NCBI GenBank assembly: GCA_010909165.1
Contig: VJWM01000289.1
Location: forward strand, 61,051 to 125,050
Reading direction: 5' to 3'
Origin: Anthoceros angustus
Taxonomy: Eukaryota; Plantae; Anthocerotophyta
DNA length: 64,000 nt
Shown here: positions 47,914 to 60,620 of the stretch, one piece after another
Numbering within the stretch: the stretch's first letter is position 1
Layout of the letters: every line of letters begins with the position of its first letter
Notes under the pieces: model-generated
Told to the model about the DNA's origin: nothing
Databases searched by the model: none
Seen by the model: the letters and a program-made list of their open reading frames with translations, nothing else
Made by a program: the position numbers and the translations under genes

Positions 47914-50900
47914 TGTTATTTATATATAATCTGGGTTCAGGGTTATATATATATTTATATATACATAAAACGTATTGTTAGCAGCCTAAAGTTTAGGATT
48001 GTGAATAGTCATGACTCTTGACATTTTAGTATATAAGACATATCAGTGCTTAATTTAAGAATCTTTCTTTGTTTTGGCAATTGAGTGAGCATGCGTTGCT
48101 CTCAAAAACTTTAACATGGTATCAAAGCATATTTTGTTTTTCTGATACATGATCTCATGTCATCATCTTTTTGTAGCAGTTCCTAGCTTGATGTTCTAGC
48201 TGCGAGTAGCAACACGGGATTCTTGGACACAAAATCCAATAGCCACAGTTCTGTGGCTCTTGGGTCGTGTGTCCAATTTCTCACTTTGCTACCTGCACGA
48301 GAGCGTTTAGATATAGGCTAGTTTCTGCACTTGGCAAATAGACAGACATGAGTGATTTCACTGCAAGTCTGCTGTGCGTGATTCTTTTACTCGAAATCGG
48401 GTGAAGATGCTCGACGTGACGCCTGCTGAGCATTCTTTTTCCAAAGATCCTCGCAATCATCGAGGATACGACATCAAGTTTCTAGGTTTTCGGTGATCTT
48501 AATTTTAGGATTACGGACCGTGATCCGAGGACCTCCCATACGCCCTTTCCATTCCGGACACCTGCCGCGCCTACAAAGAACGGCACCTATCACATGAGCA
48601 GGAATTGGAGGAGACTTACCGTCACCGAGCCATTGTTTTGCCAGAGATTGTTGGGGCATCACATGTACTCAACACCAGGCTCGAAACAACGGAAAGAGTT
48701 TTTCTCACCGTCTTATCTCGACAGGACGAGGTGTACATTGCTCGGCATCACGAGATTACGGCAGCAATTGACTTCTTCCTCTGCAAGCAGACATCTTTAA
48801 TTGAGGATGTGCGGAAACTCACAGTTTTGGTGACCGATTTGCATCGACAAGTCGGCTCGATTTCGCTTGTTCGCCTTCCGTGCTCGCCTCCGGGCGGCGA
48901 TCGATCAATCGCCACCACCGACGCTTAGACGGGCGCTACCGTTGGTTGCGCATCTCCCAGCGGCTCCGCGTTGTCTCGATTTGTCGACCGGTTGACGGTT
49001 TTTTCCGAAGGCAGGTGTGCCGGAAGCGGTGCATGTGTCTGGTGCGTATGTTATTCTCGCATGCAAAGGACGGAGTTAGTCCTTTCCCCAACCGCCATCA
49101 CCTAATGTTTGCTGCCCCGACCCCTCGTCTTCCTTCCATGCCGCTTGCGCTTTTCTCTCTCGGCTCGCTATCCATTCTTGACGCACTCGAAGAAGGTCCC
49201 GGTGCGGCTTGATCACCCGCAACCTCGTATCTTCTCCGTAGCGAATGGCGATAGCAGGAGGGGGAGGAGGAGCGGGCCGTGGTGGAAGTGGGGGAGCAGT
49301 AGTGGAGGAGTGATTCCTCACCACTCCGTGCTGATTCCACAACCTTCGTTCATTGAATTTAAGGAGCGAGATCGCTTTAATGGCATGAAGTTCAAGGTTG
49401 GAAGGTGCGATGACAAATGCCTGCAAGCGAGACACGCTTTGGGAGTTGTTAGCGGCACGCTTATGAACCCGCTACGCCACACAAGAAGAGAAGGACAAGT
49501 GGGCAAACCTTAATTATGTTGCTCGTGCTGGCCATCATAAGCGGGACGAGACTCTCATGCGGATGTTGCCTTCTTAACCAAAGTGAAGACATCGGATCCC
49601 GCCACAGCATATATGAAGCTAAGAACATTCTTACCATGTGTGTCGTGGTGAACTCTTCTCTTTGCGGCTTAAGGAAGGCGATAAGGTGTCCCCATTTGTC
49701 ATTCATTAATCAGCTGGGCTCAACTCATCAACCTCGGCTCACAATTCCCGAGCTTGATGCTAACTTCCCCACCGCCTTGCCTCCTAGCTATCGACTTTGT
49801 CTCCAACTATGGAGTAACTGTCGCACCGCTGACTAGAAGAGTAGCCTGCCAGCCAACCAACATCAACCTGGCTGATGTGATTGGCGCCCTGCTACAAGAG
49901 GAACAAAGCCGCAGCCACTCTACTATTAGTAGTGGTCGAACCAAGGCTGATAAAGTTCTCTATTCTCAAGGAAAGAATATCAGAAGGAAGCCTACCTCCG
50001 GTGCAGGTGCAGGCTCTTCTAAATCCACCTCTGTAAAGAGATCTGGCGCCTGTAAATGGTGTGGTGTACAGGGCCACTGGGAACGGGAGTGTAGAAAAAA
50101 GAAATCAGGGGAGCCACGCAAAGCTGAGAAGTCCTCCAGACAGGCTGAAGCTCATGTGGCATCCAAGGATCGACTTTCCTCGTCGACTTCCACCAAACCG
50201 CCTGTTGTCATGACGGTTTGCCTTGCATCTTCTGCTCACCCTTCCCCACAGAGTTGGTATATCGATTCAGGGGCCACTTCTCACATCTGTAACGATAAGT
50301 CAATGCTCAGTCATTTTCGTTCTTCTCAAACTGCTGACAAAGTGCTTCTCGGAGATGAGCTTACACGTACAGGTTTGAAGATAGCGCCCGCTGTCGTTTC
50401 CATCTCCAGACCCCTTCACTGACAATGTTCTTTTACCCTCATATGGCTAAGCACTTGTTGTCCGTTAGCCGCCTTATGTCCCCACGCACATATGATTTGC
50501 TCTTCTTCTTTCCGCTGTGAGCTTAAGACGAGAGGAGGGAGGTCGTTGTTGCTCTTGGACATATAGTACATGACTTGTATCAACTTGATTTACCATACCT
50601 CCGTGATTTGCCCATGTTGCCTAGTCGAAGTCGCCAGCGCCTTTTGGCACGCCCGACTAGGTCATGCCAACCGTGACAAGTCGATAAAGATGTCTAATCG
50701 ACCGCCACAGAGCCTCGCCAAAATGTTTTAAGGACCTTCCTTGTGTGATGCCTGCGCTATAGCAAACAAAGGAGAGACCCTTTCCAACATCCAAGGCACA
50801 TCGAGCTTCATGTATTCGAATTGGTACATGCAGATATCTCCGGAAAGGTCCACATACCCTCTTGGGTGGAGCTTTATACCATTTTACACTTACCGATGAT

Positions 50901-53900
50901 TTTAGTCGGTATTCTTGGACATACCCGCGGCTCAAGTCGACACTTTTGAACTCTTCCAAGAGTGGCTGCAAATGGTCCAAAGCGGTTGCGTTGTTGAAGT
51001 GCCTATGTACCGATAATGGCATGTAATTTACATGGCCACTTCAATCGGTTTCTTCTGGATCGTGTATTGTCCGCCAATTGATTGTCCCTATACCCGGGGA
51101 GCGTAGCAGCGTCAACGCCGTAACTGCATTCTCGTTAGGGATGACTCGTAGTATGTTGGAATGGTCGGTCTTAGCAAAGCATACCCAAGCAAGTGGTAAC
51201 GGCAACTTACATTCTCAATCGCCTTGGTGACAAGTGTGGATGGTGCAACCCCTATGAGGTCATATGGCTAAGAAAGCCGAGTCTACTTCATCTCGTAGTG
51301 TTCACCACCACGCATATGTCCTCGAGGAAAAGAGACAGTTAGATGCCCGTGCGCAAGCCACGATTGTTTGTTGGTTACGTGAAGAAGTAAAGGCGACAAG
51401 CTTTATGATCCCTTACCAATTCTGCGATGTTCGTGAGTGTCACTTTCCGTGAGCTAACCAGTCCTGCAAAGCCGTATTTTGATTCGGTGCCCTATACCCC
51501 TTCCAACTTTACTGTCACCGATGTTGTTGACGAGGAAGATACATCTGAGTTTCCCCAAGATGATTTTGTGGCTGCAAGCTCGGAATATTCCCTCGTGTTT
51601 GATCCTGCTGTTCAACATGCCCCACCAGGCAATCCAGTTGATCCCGACGAGGACCCTGCAGCAGTGTTCTCCAATGGAGAATGCTCAAGATCGCCGGTGC
51701 TCACCGGCCCCAAAGACTCAGATGAGCAAGCGAATCGTGACATTCCAGATTTATATCTCCAAGATGTTTCGACGGATTTGTTACCTAATTTTGCAGTGGA
51801 GGCTGAAGATGACATCCCTATACCCGCTCCACCAGCTGAGCGCAGATATCCCATCCGAGAGAGGTTACCACCAACTCAGTGGAAAGAACCTCCATACCAG
51901 TCAGTCGATTTTCGGCGTCCAAGGGCAGGCCTTTCTCTGAAGGATGCCGAGGAACTTCCCGTTTTCAAGCCCGAGCCCCGTACTTATACTGAGGCTATCA
52001 CTGGAGCTGATCAAGCTCATTGGATACCCTCCATCCAAGATGAATACGATTCACTTATTAAGAACGATACATGGGAACTTTGCCTCTGCTGCTGGACGAA
52101 GGTGGTCACCGTAAGTGGGTATTCAAACACAAACTCAATGAGAAAGGCTAGATTGCCGATATAAATCCTCTTCGCCGAGGCTTCACTCAAATTCCGGTGT
52201 TGATTTGGGACACCTCAAATTGTCAAAACACAATCCATCGAATGATATTTGCTCATTACCATGCATGGGACGGCAGAGATGGACGTCTGCATCGCTTTTG
52301 TATGGTGAGCTTAAGGAGGATATCTACATGCAACAGCTCGAGGGTTTTGTTGATTACGAACATCCTACCGGTATGTCGCTTGAAGAAGACTATTTACGGT
52401 CAAGCAAGCGACGCGTGAGTGGTACAAAACCATCGATAAGTACCTCAAATCCATCGGTTTTGTGCGAACCTCGTGATGCCAACGTGTATATGTACTCTAA
52501 GGGAGGCCATCTTGTCATCTTGGCTCTTTATGTTGATGATGCCATTCGCATCCAACAATCGAGTTACTCGCTTGGGTTAAGAGTATGCTGCATAAGAAAT
52601 TCGACATGAAAGATATCGGCCCTCTCACCTTTGTGCTTGGTGTTCAGTTGGTTCGTAACCTGGATGAGCGAACTCTTATGCTTCACCAAAGCAAGTATAT
52701 CGTTGAGACTCTCCACCGATTCCATCTGGCTTCTTCCAATCCTGTGTCTACTCCTGGTGTTCCTAGTCTTAACCTTTCTGCTGACGATTGCCCTACTGAT
52801 GATGCTGCGCGTCAGGCCATGTCCCAGTATCCATATCGTCATGCGGTTGGATGTTTAAACTACATCAGCTGCTGGACTCGTCCGGATATCCAAGATGTCC
52901 GCCCGGTTTCACAATTTCTTGACAATCTCGGTCAGCCCAATCGGAGTGCGGTTAAGCGCATCTTACGCATTTGAAAGGCACTATGACTTATGGCTTATGC
53001 TTGTGGGGGTAGATAGCACACCTACCGTGTTGATTTCTTGATGCCGATTGGGCCACCAATCCGGATGCCGTGGAAGCATATTAGCACTCTTTTTCATCCT
53101 TTCTAATGCTGTCGTTGGAGCTCTAGCAAGCTGTTCTCCTCCCTCTACCGAGGCAGAGTACAAAGCTCTAACTGAAGCTGCCAAGGAAGCTGTTTGGGAG
53201 CGTGCCTTCTGCAGGGCCTTGGGTTTCCACAGCAGCAGCCGACGCTTCTCCATTGTGATAACATCTCCACAATTCATATGACTGCTAATCCCCGTTTTCA
53301 CGCACGTACCAAGCACATTGAAGTGCAACATCACTTTATTCGCCAACAAGTGGAGGAGAAGGTGGTCGGGGCTCCGATGTCTCCAGATCTTAATCCGGCA
53401 TTTGTTGACCAAGTATCTCGCTCGCTAGCAAACATCACCGCTTTATGGAAGCTCTTGGTGTGAGAGCTCCTTCTCCCTAGCATCTATGGTCCACACCACT
53501 GTGGTGCGGATGAAGCTCACAGTCCCTAATCGCTGAAGGTGACAGCACTCACCGGAGAAAGGGGACAAGCGGCACTTCTTCATTTTGTCAAGATCTCTTC
53601 TCGTATCGATATTGTGGTTCGGGAGCCTTCACCGAGAAAGCGATCCATAGCCGGACTCCCATCCTGGGCCATTTACGGTCCGTTGTGAAGTCGCACCGCT
53701 CCTCGAGCACGGTGTTCGAGGTGCTGCTTTCTTTGTTTTCTCTGGCTGTTTGATGTGCTCGGGAAAAAACGGCGATCATGAACGCGCATCCTGCCAGCCA
53801 TTGTGTGAAGGATCCCGCCATGTCTGCCAACTTTTCTGCGTTGCTAACAGAAAGCTCCGTTTAAGGGGGCGTGTTACGATATATAATATGGGTTCAGGGT

Positions 53901-54080
53901 TATATATATATTTATATATACATAAGTAAACGTAGCTGTTGTTAGCAGCCTAAAGTTTAGGATTGTGAATAGTCATGACTCTTGACATTTTTGTATATAA
54001 GACATATCAGTGCTTAATTTAAGAATCTTTCTTTGTTTTGGCAATTGAGTGAGCATGCGTTGCTCTCAAAAACTTCAACA
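47914..54080 (+). mobile_element. Full-length Ty1/copia retrotransposon with frameshifted ORFs
   Basis: LTRs 47914-48116 and 53872-54080 (TG..CA). PBS TGGTATCAAAGC at 48117. PPT AAGGGGGCG at 53863. TSD GGTGG/GGTAG. Zn knuckle CKWCGVQGHWEREC, protease WYIDSGATSH, LWHARLGH, RT EPRTYTEA..KNDTWEL and LYVDDA, RH STEAEY..CDNISTI..HARTKHIEVQHHFIR. Confidence 0.95.
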
Positions 54081-54389
54081 GGTAGGGTGCTGATGGACGG
54101 GGCGCGACCAGGCGGCGGAGGCTGGAGAAAAAGGCGCCTAGGTGAGGGAAGGGGGTGCAGTTGCTGGAAAGTGACAAAGGAACCAGGGCGCCGCCCCGCG
54201 GAATTGAAGGAAGGGGCAAGATTGTACTTGCCCCACACATTAGGAAGATGACAAGCTGGGAAGGGGCAAGAGCAAAAGGAGGGCGAGGGAGCCAATCCAC
54301 AACGGACGCGTCCCTGTCCCAGCAGGGTGAAGACTAGATATGGTCAAAGACCATAAATGTTAGATAGAAGAATAGAAAGGACAGGTGAT

Positions 54390-55030
54390 GTAACCTGACA
54401 TCCTTCAAGGATGGACTTAGGTGAAGTTACTAGAATAGAATTTACCAAGGATCAGACAATAGCCTTAGGTGCTAGGTATTAAATGTTGGCGGTAGGAAAT
54501 AATAGAAAATTGGAAAAGGTGACCTGTAGTAGGGGCACCTAAGGGAGGTTGTATGTGGAAGGCCTCCTATAAGAGGAGGAGGATTTCACAAAGTAAAGTA
54601 TCACGTCTTGCGCTTCCACACTCACCGAGTCCTTTGCCATTACAGAGGAATTTCGTGCCGGCTGTGAGCCAACGCAGTCTGGGTAGAGAGGAAGTCATGT
54701 GGTCGGAGTGTTTGGTGGAGGACTTGCTCGTAAGTGCCTAAACGAGTTGCTCCCTTGTGAATGGTTGCTATGAAATTGCTTTGCTTTGGGTGTGTGGCAA
54801 TGCCTGTGAACCTCGGCTTGAGGGTAGACTACAGGGAAAGACTCCCTGGAGGTTCTCGCTGTCTGGTGTCAAACTCATAGCAACCGGCCCAAGGAACAAG
54901 CAAAGGAAGAAAACGCGGCGCACCTGCAGGAAGAAGAAAAATCTTCCGCTGAGGACAACCAATGGGTATAGCGGTGTGGGCAAGAAGCCTTAGTAGCAAA
55001 GGATTTCGTTTTATGTAGGAAGAATGTGAG
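54390..55030 (+). mobile_element. LTR-like or promoter-like repeat. Diverged minus-strand copies at ~59600-60460 and ~61000-61860.
   Basis: Shared blocks AGGTGAA(G/T)T(T/G)(A/G)CTAGAATAGAATTT, CCTATAA(G/A)AGG and GTCTTGCGCT(T/C)CCA in all three. No PBS or clear end was found. Confidence 0.5.
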
Positions 55031-56399
55031 GGCTTCTGAGGAGATAGCTGCCATCTGGATGAATGTGTGGTTCAGAGCACAGTGGAGATGTGAAGGCTGG
55101 AAAGGGGAGAAGCTTGTGGTTGACCGGAATCGATGACTCTGTAACAGACAATTGAGACATTGTTGTTTTGTGTCACAAGTGAAATTGTTGGTAGGTGTGG
55201 TTTGAAGTATGATTGCTAGGTGCCGCTTGGGAGCAGCGGTGGAGCACCACCACAAAGACAAGTAGTCTCGTGGACTCGGAGAAATAGATGTGGGAGAAAT
55301 GATTAGTGTTTTGGAATGGGAGGTGGCTGTATGTGGGAAAAGACGACCAGGCAGACGGGGGCGGGGAACCTACGACGACATTCCTCATGTATACCAGCAT
55401 GGGATTCTTCCCACCCCGTCACCGTGATATGTTAATGACGCTATTCTTCCACTGCAAGGCTGCCCATGTACCAGCCTCTTCCCGATTTCAGAGAGCACGT
55501 TGCTTCCCAACCTTGTAGCATATGGTAGGAATGCATCCTACTTGTATAGCAAATTGCGTGGTAGGCATCGATGTTCTATGAACAAAGTTGCTCGAAAGGT
55601 GAGATGTATGTATAAAGGAACCATCCATCCATGTACTCCGTGTTGGTGGAGTGGAGGAGGGATGGTGACGAGTGGTCGCGTGTTCAAAACCGGTTGAGCC
55701 ACACGATTTTGCACCGCAACAACAAGTGGCATAAGACTTGTATACAAAGACACACACCATGCCGAATGAATGTGCAGATAGCGGTCAAGCACTGTGAAGA
55801 AAACGATATCCGTGGTCGTAATAATATCAGTATAATCTAGTGGTGATGTACAAATCACAGTATACATCATATATGCACAAGAATATATCTACAAGTAGGT
55901 ACCTATACGTATAAACCTATCGTGCCTCCATTTCTACCAAAGATATCGTGCAAAAAGCCATAAACAATTAGTATACGAGCCAATAATAGCTATTGTGAAG
56001 AAAAAGGTTGATAAAGGAATTATGACCTTGTGAGGTGGAATGGCAGATGCTTAATGTTACTTGATATTCGTGTCCTGGGCACCATTATCAAATAGTTGGG
56101 AAGAAAGAGTGCAAAGAAGAGCGCTAGGAAAACATTAACTAATTGTACTCCCAATGGGTGTAATAAAGATGGGGAGAGAGAAGAGAGAGAGGGTCCTTAT
56201 TATCATGTTGCAATTGCATTTTGGGAGTTCATAAACAATGCGATGAGAGAGGGATGTAGTTAAGAGGGTGAAGTGGTAGGAGAGAGGGGGTGTTAAGATG
56301 GTAGGCCCACTTGGGGAAAGAAATGACAAACTTAATTACCAAGCCTCCAAATGATGTTGCAAGTTAGAACATAAAATTGCAACAACGATCGAACGTAGG

Positions 56400-59300
56400 C
56401 TGCCCTTTCTAGTAGGGTCCCTCACCTGGTAGGGGCGGGAAGTGCGCCCTGGCGCTCACAGTTGGTGGGCCGTCCGCCTCTTGACGACTCTCCTAGTCTC
56501 CGAGGCTCCTGCCGGGCTATGGTGGGTTGCACAGCGGGCGTCGCCGGCCTTGATTCTCCCTTGTGGGTACTCCGTCCGACAGGGAGCTCCGCTGGGACCA
56601 AAAGAAGGGAGGCGAATATCCTCCCATACCTCCCGGGCGGCGAGGGGGTCCGTTCCAGTCGAATGGAACTGAATCCTTCCCAATCGCTTCCTCCCGGGCC
56701 CGTTTGGCCTTGGGAGGCGGACCTCCGCCTCGCGCCTTCGGCTCTTCACGCTCCGCCTGCAGGGGCAGCCCTTTCTCGGGCGCCCGCTCCTCCTCTCCGG
56801 AAGGTTGAGGTGTCCCATACATGGATGAGGAAGGGCGCGGTGAGCCCAGGTGGCTTCTCACTCCGTAGCTTCCCGGCCTCTTGGTTGATTAGAAGATGAT
56901 AGGCCCCGCCGGCCCCCTTTTCCCTCGCTGAGGGCGTGCAAGAACACAAGGTTGTCATAAGGTGATCCACCTTGGTGAGCATGTTCTAGTGGACAATGAC
57001 CTTGGCCACTGCCCTCATCCGCCCGAAGCAGTCCGAGCATCAACTAGCTGTTGGACGATGCTGAGTCGGCCTCACCATTGCCGCCTTTGCCGCCTCCACC
57101 TTCCCTCTCACCTCAGGGGCCTCCCACTCTCTCCACCGGCGGTTGTAACGCCTGTGACCTCCACACTCCACCTCCTGGGGTCCTCCTCGAGGCTCTTGAG
57201 AACCTCCTTGTTGGCGCCAGCATCTTCTGGCGTACTCTCGGAGGGCCGGCTAAACGTCGCACTGCTACCAAGATATCCAAGTGCCATTGCTCCACCTAGC
57301 TCTCCGCTTCCTCCGGCGGGGCGAAGTCGGGTATCTCTTGGTGACGATGTTGCGCTCCACCAAGCGCCTGTGCTCCCACATCCGTTCGCCTTCTTGGGTC
57401 CCATTGCGTGCTCTTCTCGCCGCTGTTGGAAATTGTCTTAACACTGCCGCTCTATCGCCGCTTGGTCGCTCAACCACGTGCAAGAGTGCAGCGCTCAAAA
57501 AGACAATGCTGTAGAGTGTCGAGCAGAGATCGCAAACCGCCACGAGGCCGCGAGGAAGAATGGCCTTCCCTCACTGCGGGATGCTTGGGCGGAGGTGTCT
57601 TCGCCGTTCAGAATCGCTGGAGGAGGCCCGCATGGCTTACTCTCCGACCTTACGCCGCCGCCTACTCGCCTTACGCGCGCTTACTGGGCTCACGCTACCG
57701 CGTACTGCCCACGCCGGCTGCGTCCAGCTCTTATGTTGGTCGCGTGACACAGGCGTGAATACCGCCTATAATGGCCACAGCAACCCCTCGCCCCTGGGTC
57801 GCTGTGGCCCGTTCTCCTCTCAATACTGGCCCATGTGGCCTCGTCAAAATACGCTCCGAATCCTAAGTTAGTTTTACTTGTACTTATCCCGTCACCTTGA
57901 GTGTAGTCCGGACTTACCGATGCGCTGTATGCATCAGATTCCTCCGCAGTGGTCCAGTAGCTTCCGGGAGTGTGCTCGAGTCTCTCGCCTACTCCGGAGT
58001 GTAGTCCGGAGTACTCGATCCTTATTTTCTCCTTTCCGCCTTATTTTCTACCGTGCGTGAAAAAAAAAAACCTAACTCATTTCCCATCCAAAGGGAGAGT
58101 CCATGGCCCTGAAACTTCGGGGTCCGGGCCTCGTCTAGTCCCAGTGGTCCGACTCATGGGTCCTGAACTCCCTCTCCCGAGCACTCCCAGGGTCCATCCC
58201 GCCCGCCGGACCCCTGCCTGTCTTGGGTCTCCTATGCTTCTCCTTTCTCCTCGACCCCCTCGGGGCCCTCCTCCTTTCCTTGGTGGGTGCCGACTTACCT
58301 CATGTCCGTGGTGTCGCGTATCCCACTCCTCCTGACAAGCTTCCTCTCCGCCGCTGCTCTCATCTCCAGGCCCTGTGGTCTCGCAGTGACTATCCTGGGC
58401 CTTCGCCCCCCTCCCTCTTATCCCTCCGGCGGTCCTTCAATGCCAGAGGTGAGGCAGACCTCCGGTGCCTTGAGGAGCTCTAAGTGGTAGGCGGTCGAAT
58501 CGACTTGTTGAATGGCCTCCACATGAGCCGGGCACCTGTATTCCCTCCTCCGAGAGGTGCTCCGCACTGGGCGTCTTTGGTTGGCCTCTGGACCGTCTTC
58601 ACAGAAGACACGCCTGATTGAGATCCTGGAGTCTCGAGTGAGCTGTCAAGCCTCTCACACTTCCTGACCTCTGCTGCCTCCGTGCTCCTCCTCCCAGTCA
58701 CTGGCCAACTTGATGGCCATAACGCTTGGCGCTCCCCTTCCACCTTCACTTTGGACCAACAGCCTGCTCCTCTCTCAAAGCTCTCTCCCAGCCATTCATC
58801 CTTGCCTAGAGGGCCACCATCTCCCTTTCCGTGGTCCGGCAGCTCCGCGCCTCCTTGCTTCCTCCAAATCCCTCTCCATCTCGGCGGCCTCCCTTGTTTG
58901 GCGCGAACTTCCTCCGCCCTCCACGGAGCTGGAGCCGCTCTATCTCCCTTCGTGGTCCTCGATTCTTCCTTGGAGGTCCCAATTCCGCTCCACCTCACGT
59001 TGACAGAGCTTGTGGTCTCCTATGTCCTCCGCCTCGGGCTGGCGCTCCTCCGTCCCTTGCAGTGCCCGGAGATACTCCGTCTCCTGTGCCGCCTCTCTTC
59101 TTCTTCACGGCTGTATTGGCCGCTTGGCCTTCATGTTGGCCTCGCTACCGCCCTCCACCGGTTCCAGCCCCGCCAGAGGTGGTCTCCATCTGTTTTGCTG
59201 CCCGGCCTCCGCCCCTTTCACTGGCTGCCAACTTGGTGTTGCTCCCCGCCGAGCCGCCTTGGCGAGTCCTTGGTCCTTTCCGGGCCCTCCTCTCGCTCCC

Positions 59301-59545
59301 CACTCTTCCGTCTGCAAAGGTCCTCCGCCTTTGCTTGTGCCTCTGCTCTTGCCCACCACACTGAAGGACCTGCCCGGTCTTGTTGAGCGGACCTTGCCTT
59401 TGACTCCGCCTTGGGCGCTTCCTCCTCGACTCTCACGAGGTTTACGCCTTCCTCTTGGCACACGCCTCCGTGGGAGGCTGATTCCGGGCTCCGAGATGCA
59501 CCTGGCCACACTTATCCCACTATCGTTTACGTTGGGTTTCGTCCC
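56400..59545 (-). mobile_element. Diverged subfamily copy of the multi-ORF repeat: ORF from ~59545 to ~58440, spacer, then the MGPK-start ORF from 57404
   Basis: CAACAAGTCGATTCGACCGCCTACCAC (minus, ~58490) matches 24810-24840. The VERNIVT and HVW motifs and the AAGGTG-N3-CACCTT hairpin match the 22 kb and 39 kb copies. Confidence 0.65.
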
Positions 59546-60519
59546 ATGAGACTTGTGGAGCAGTGGATCTTGAGAAACTGCCACCGCAGCACACTACCTC
59601 AACCTTCTAAGCAAGCAAGGCGCCCTCATGCTCCCTCTCTGAGCTACACGCCCGTCTTCCGTAGAATTCACCAAGCCTCAACCTACAATGACACCCACAA
59701 TTGCGAGTCCGTCTTACGGCACGTCATCCGCGCCAGGGACCCTGACCCACACCGCAATTTGTCCTTACTCCTAAGACCACTCTTCTCGACTGAGGGCGCC
59801 CTCTTCTTGCAGAGGATTCGTCCTTAGGCTCTGCCTCATGGCCTTCCGTTTTCCTACACTCTAATCCTCCTCACAACTCTCTCAATCAACAATGCGTCTT
59901 CTCTACTCATCTATCCTTCCTCCACAATCTCCTACTCTAACACGATTGCTGGCTCATTAATTCCAACTCGCCCTTACGGCACAACTGGGTCCGTCCGAAA
60001 ATTAGTTCTTCCTTGGGCGGTTCCATGTGGTTTGTACCATAAAGGAGAACCTCCGTGGAGTCTTCCCAGCCTACCCTCAAGCCGAGAGTTCCTTGAGCAT
60101 CGCCACACACTCAAAGCAAAACAATTCACACAACTATTCACAAGGGGAGGGCAGGGCGCTGCAGAGCAAGCCCTCCGCCGGCCTCAACTGCTAGTCTCCT
60201 CTCTGACATGCGTTTTTACCCGGCAAAATCGCACGAAGGACTGGAGGATGGGAGCGCAAGACATAATTTTACTTCACAAGCCCTCCTTTTATAGGGAGGT
60301 CCTCACATACATCCCTCGGCGCGCCTCCACGCACCGCCTCACTCCTTATTTTAGTGTATCCTATTGTCGACTTTAAGTTCGACATTGAAGCATCTTGGGT
60401 AAAATTCTATTCTAGCAATTCACCTATGTGAGCCTTAATGGCTCACAACATTCCTATCTAGCTAGTCAACACACTCTTTGGGACAAGCATTAATGCTTGT
60501 CCTCCTCTAAAGAAAAGTC

Positions 60520-60620
60520 TTCCCAAGTGGCATCTTCCATGTCTTCAAGCTAATTTAAGGACCCCTTATGAATCCCCTCCTTATCTTGGCGCCTCAGTTT
60601 CTTCCTCCAATAAAATAGCC
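60520..60620 (-). mobile_element. Possible chromodomain remnant
   Basis: The minus strand reads ..LRRQDKEGI..EDMEDATWED, resembling the chromodomain DATWE tail. Short and frameshifted. Confidence 0.35.

Noticed and set aside
49350-53400. Frameshifts as evidence that the copia is ancient
   Set aside because: The LTRs, PBS and PPT are well preserved, and the host gene shows homopolymer errors, so many indels may be technical.
53588-53830. Antisense ORF in the copia 3' UTR
   Set aside because: Only ~77 aa from the first true ATG, single copy, no motif. Compatible with chance.
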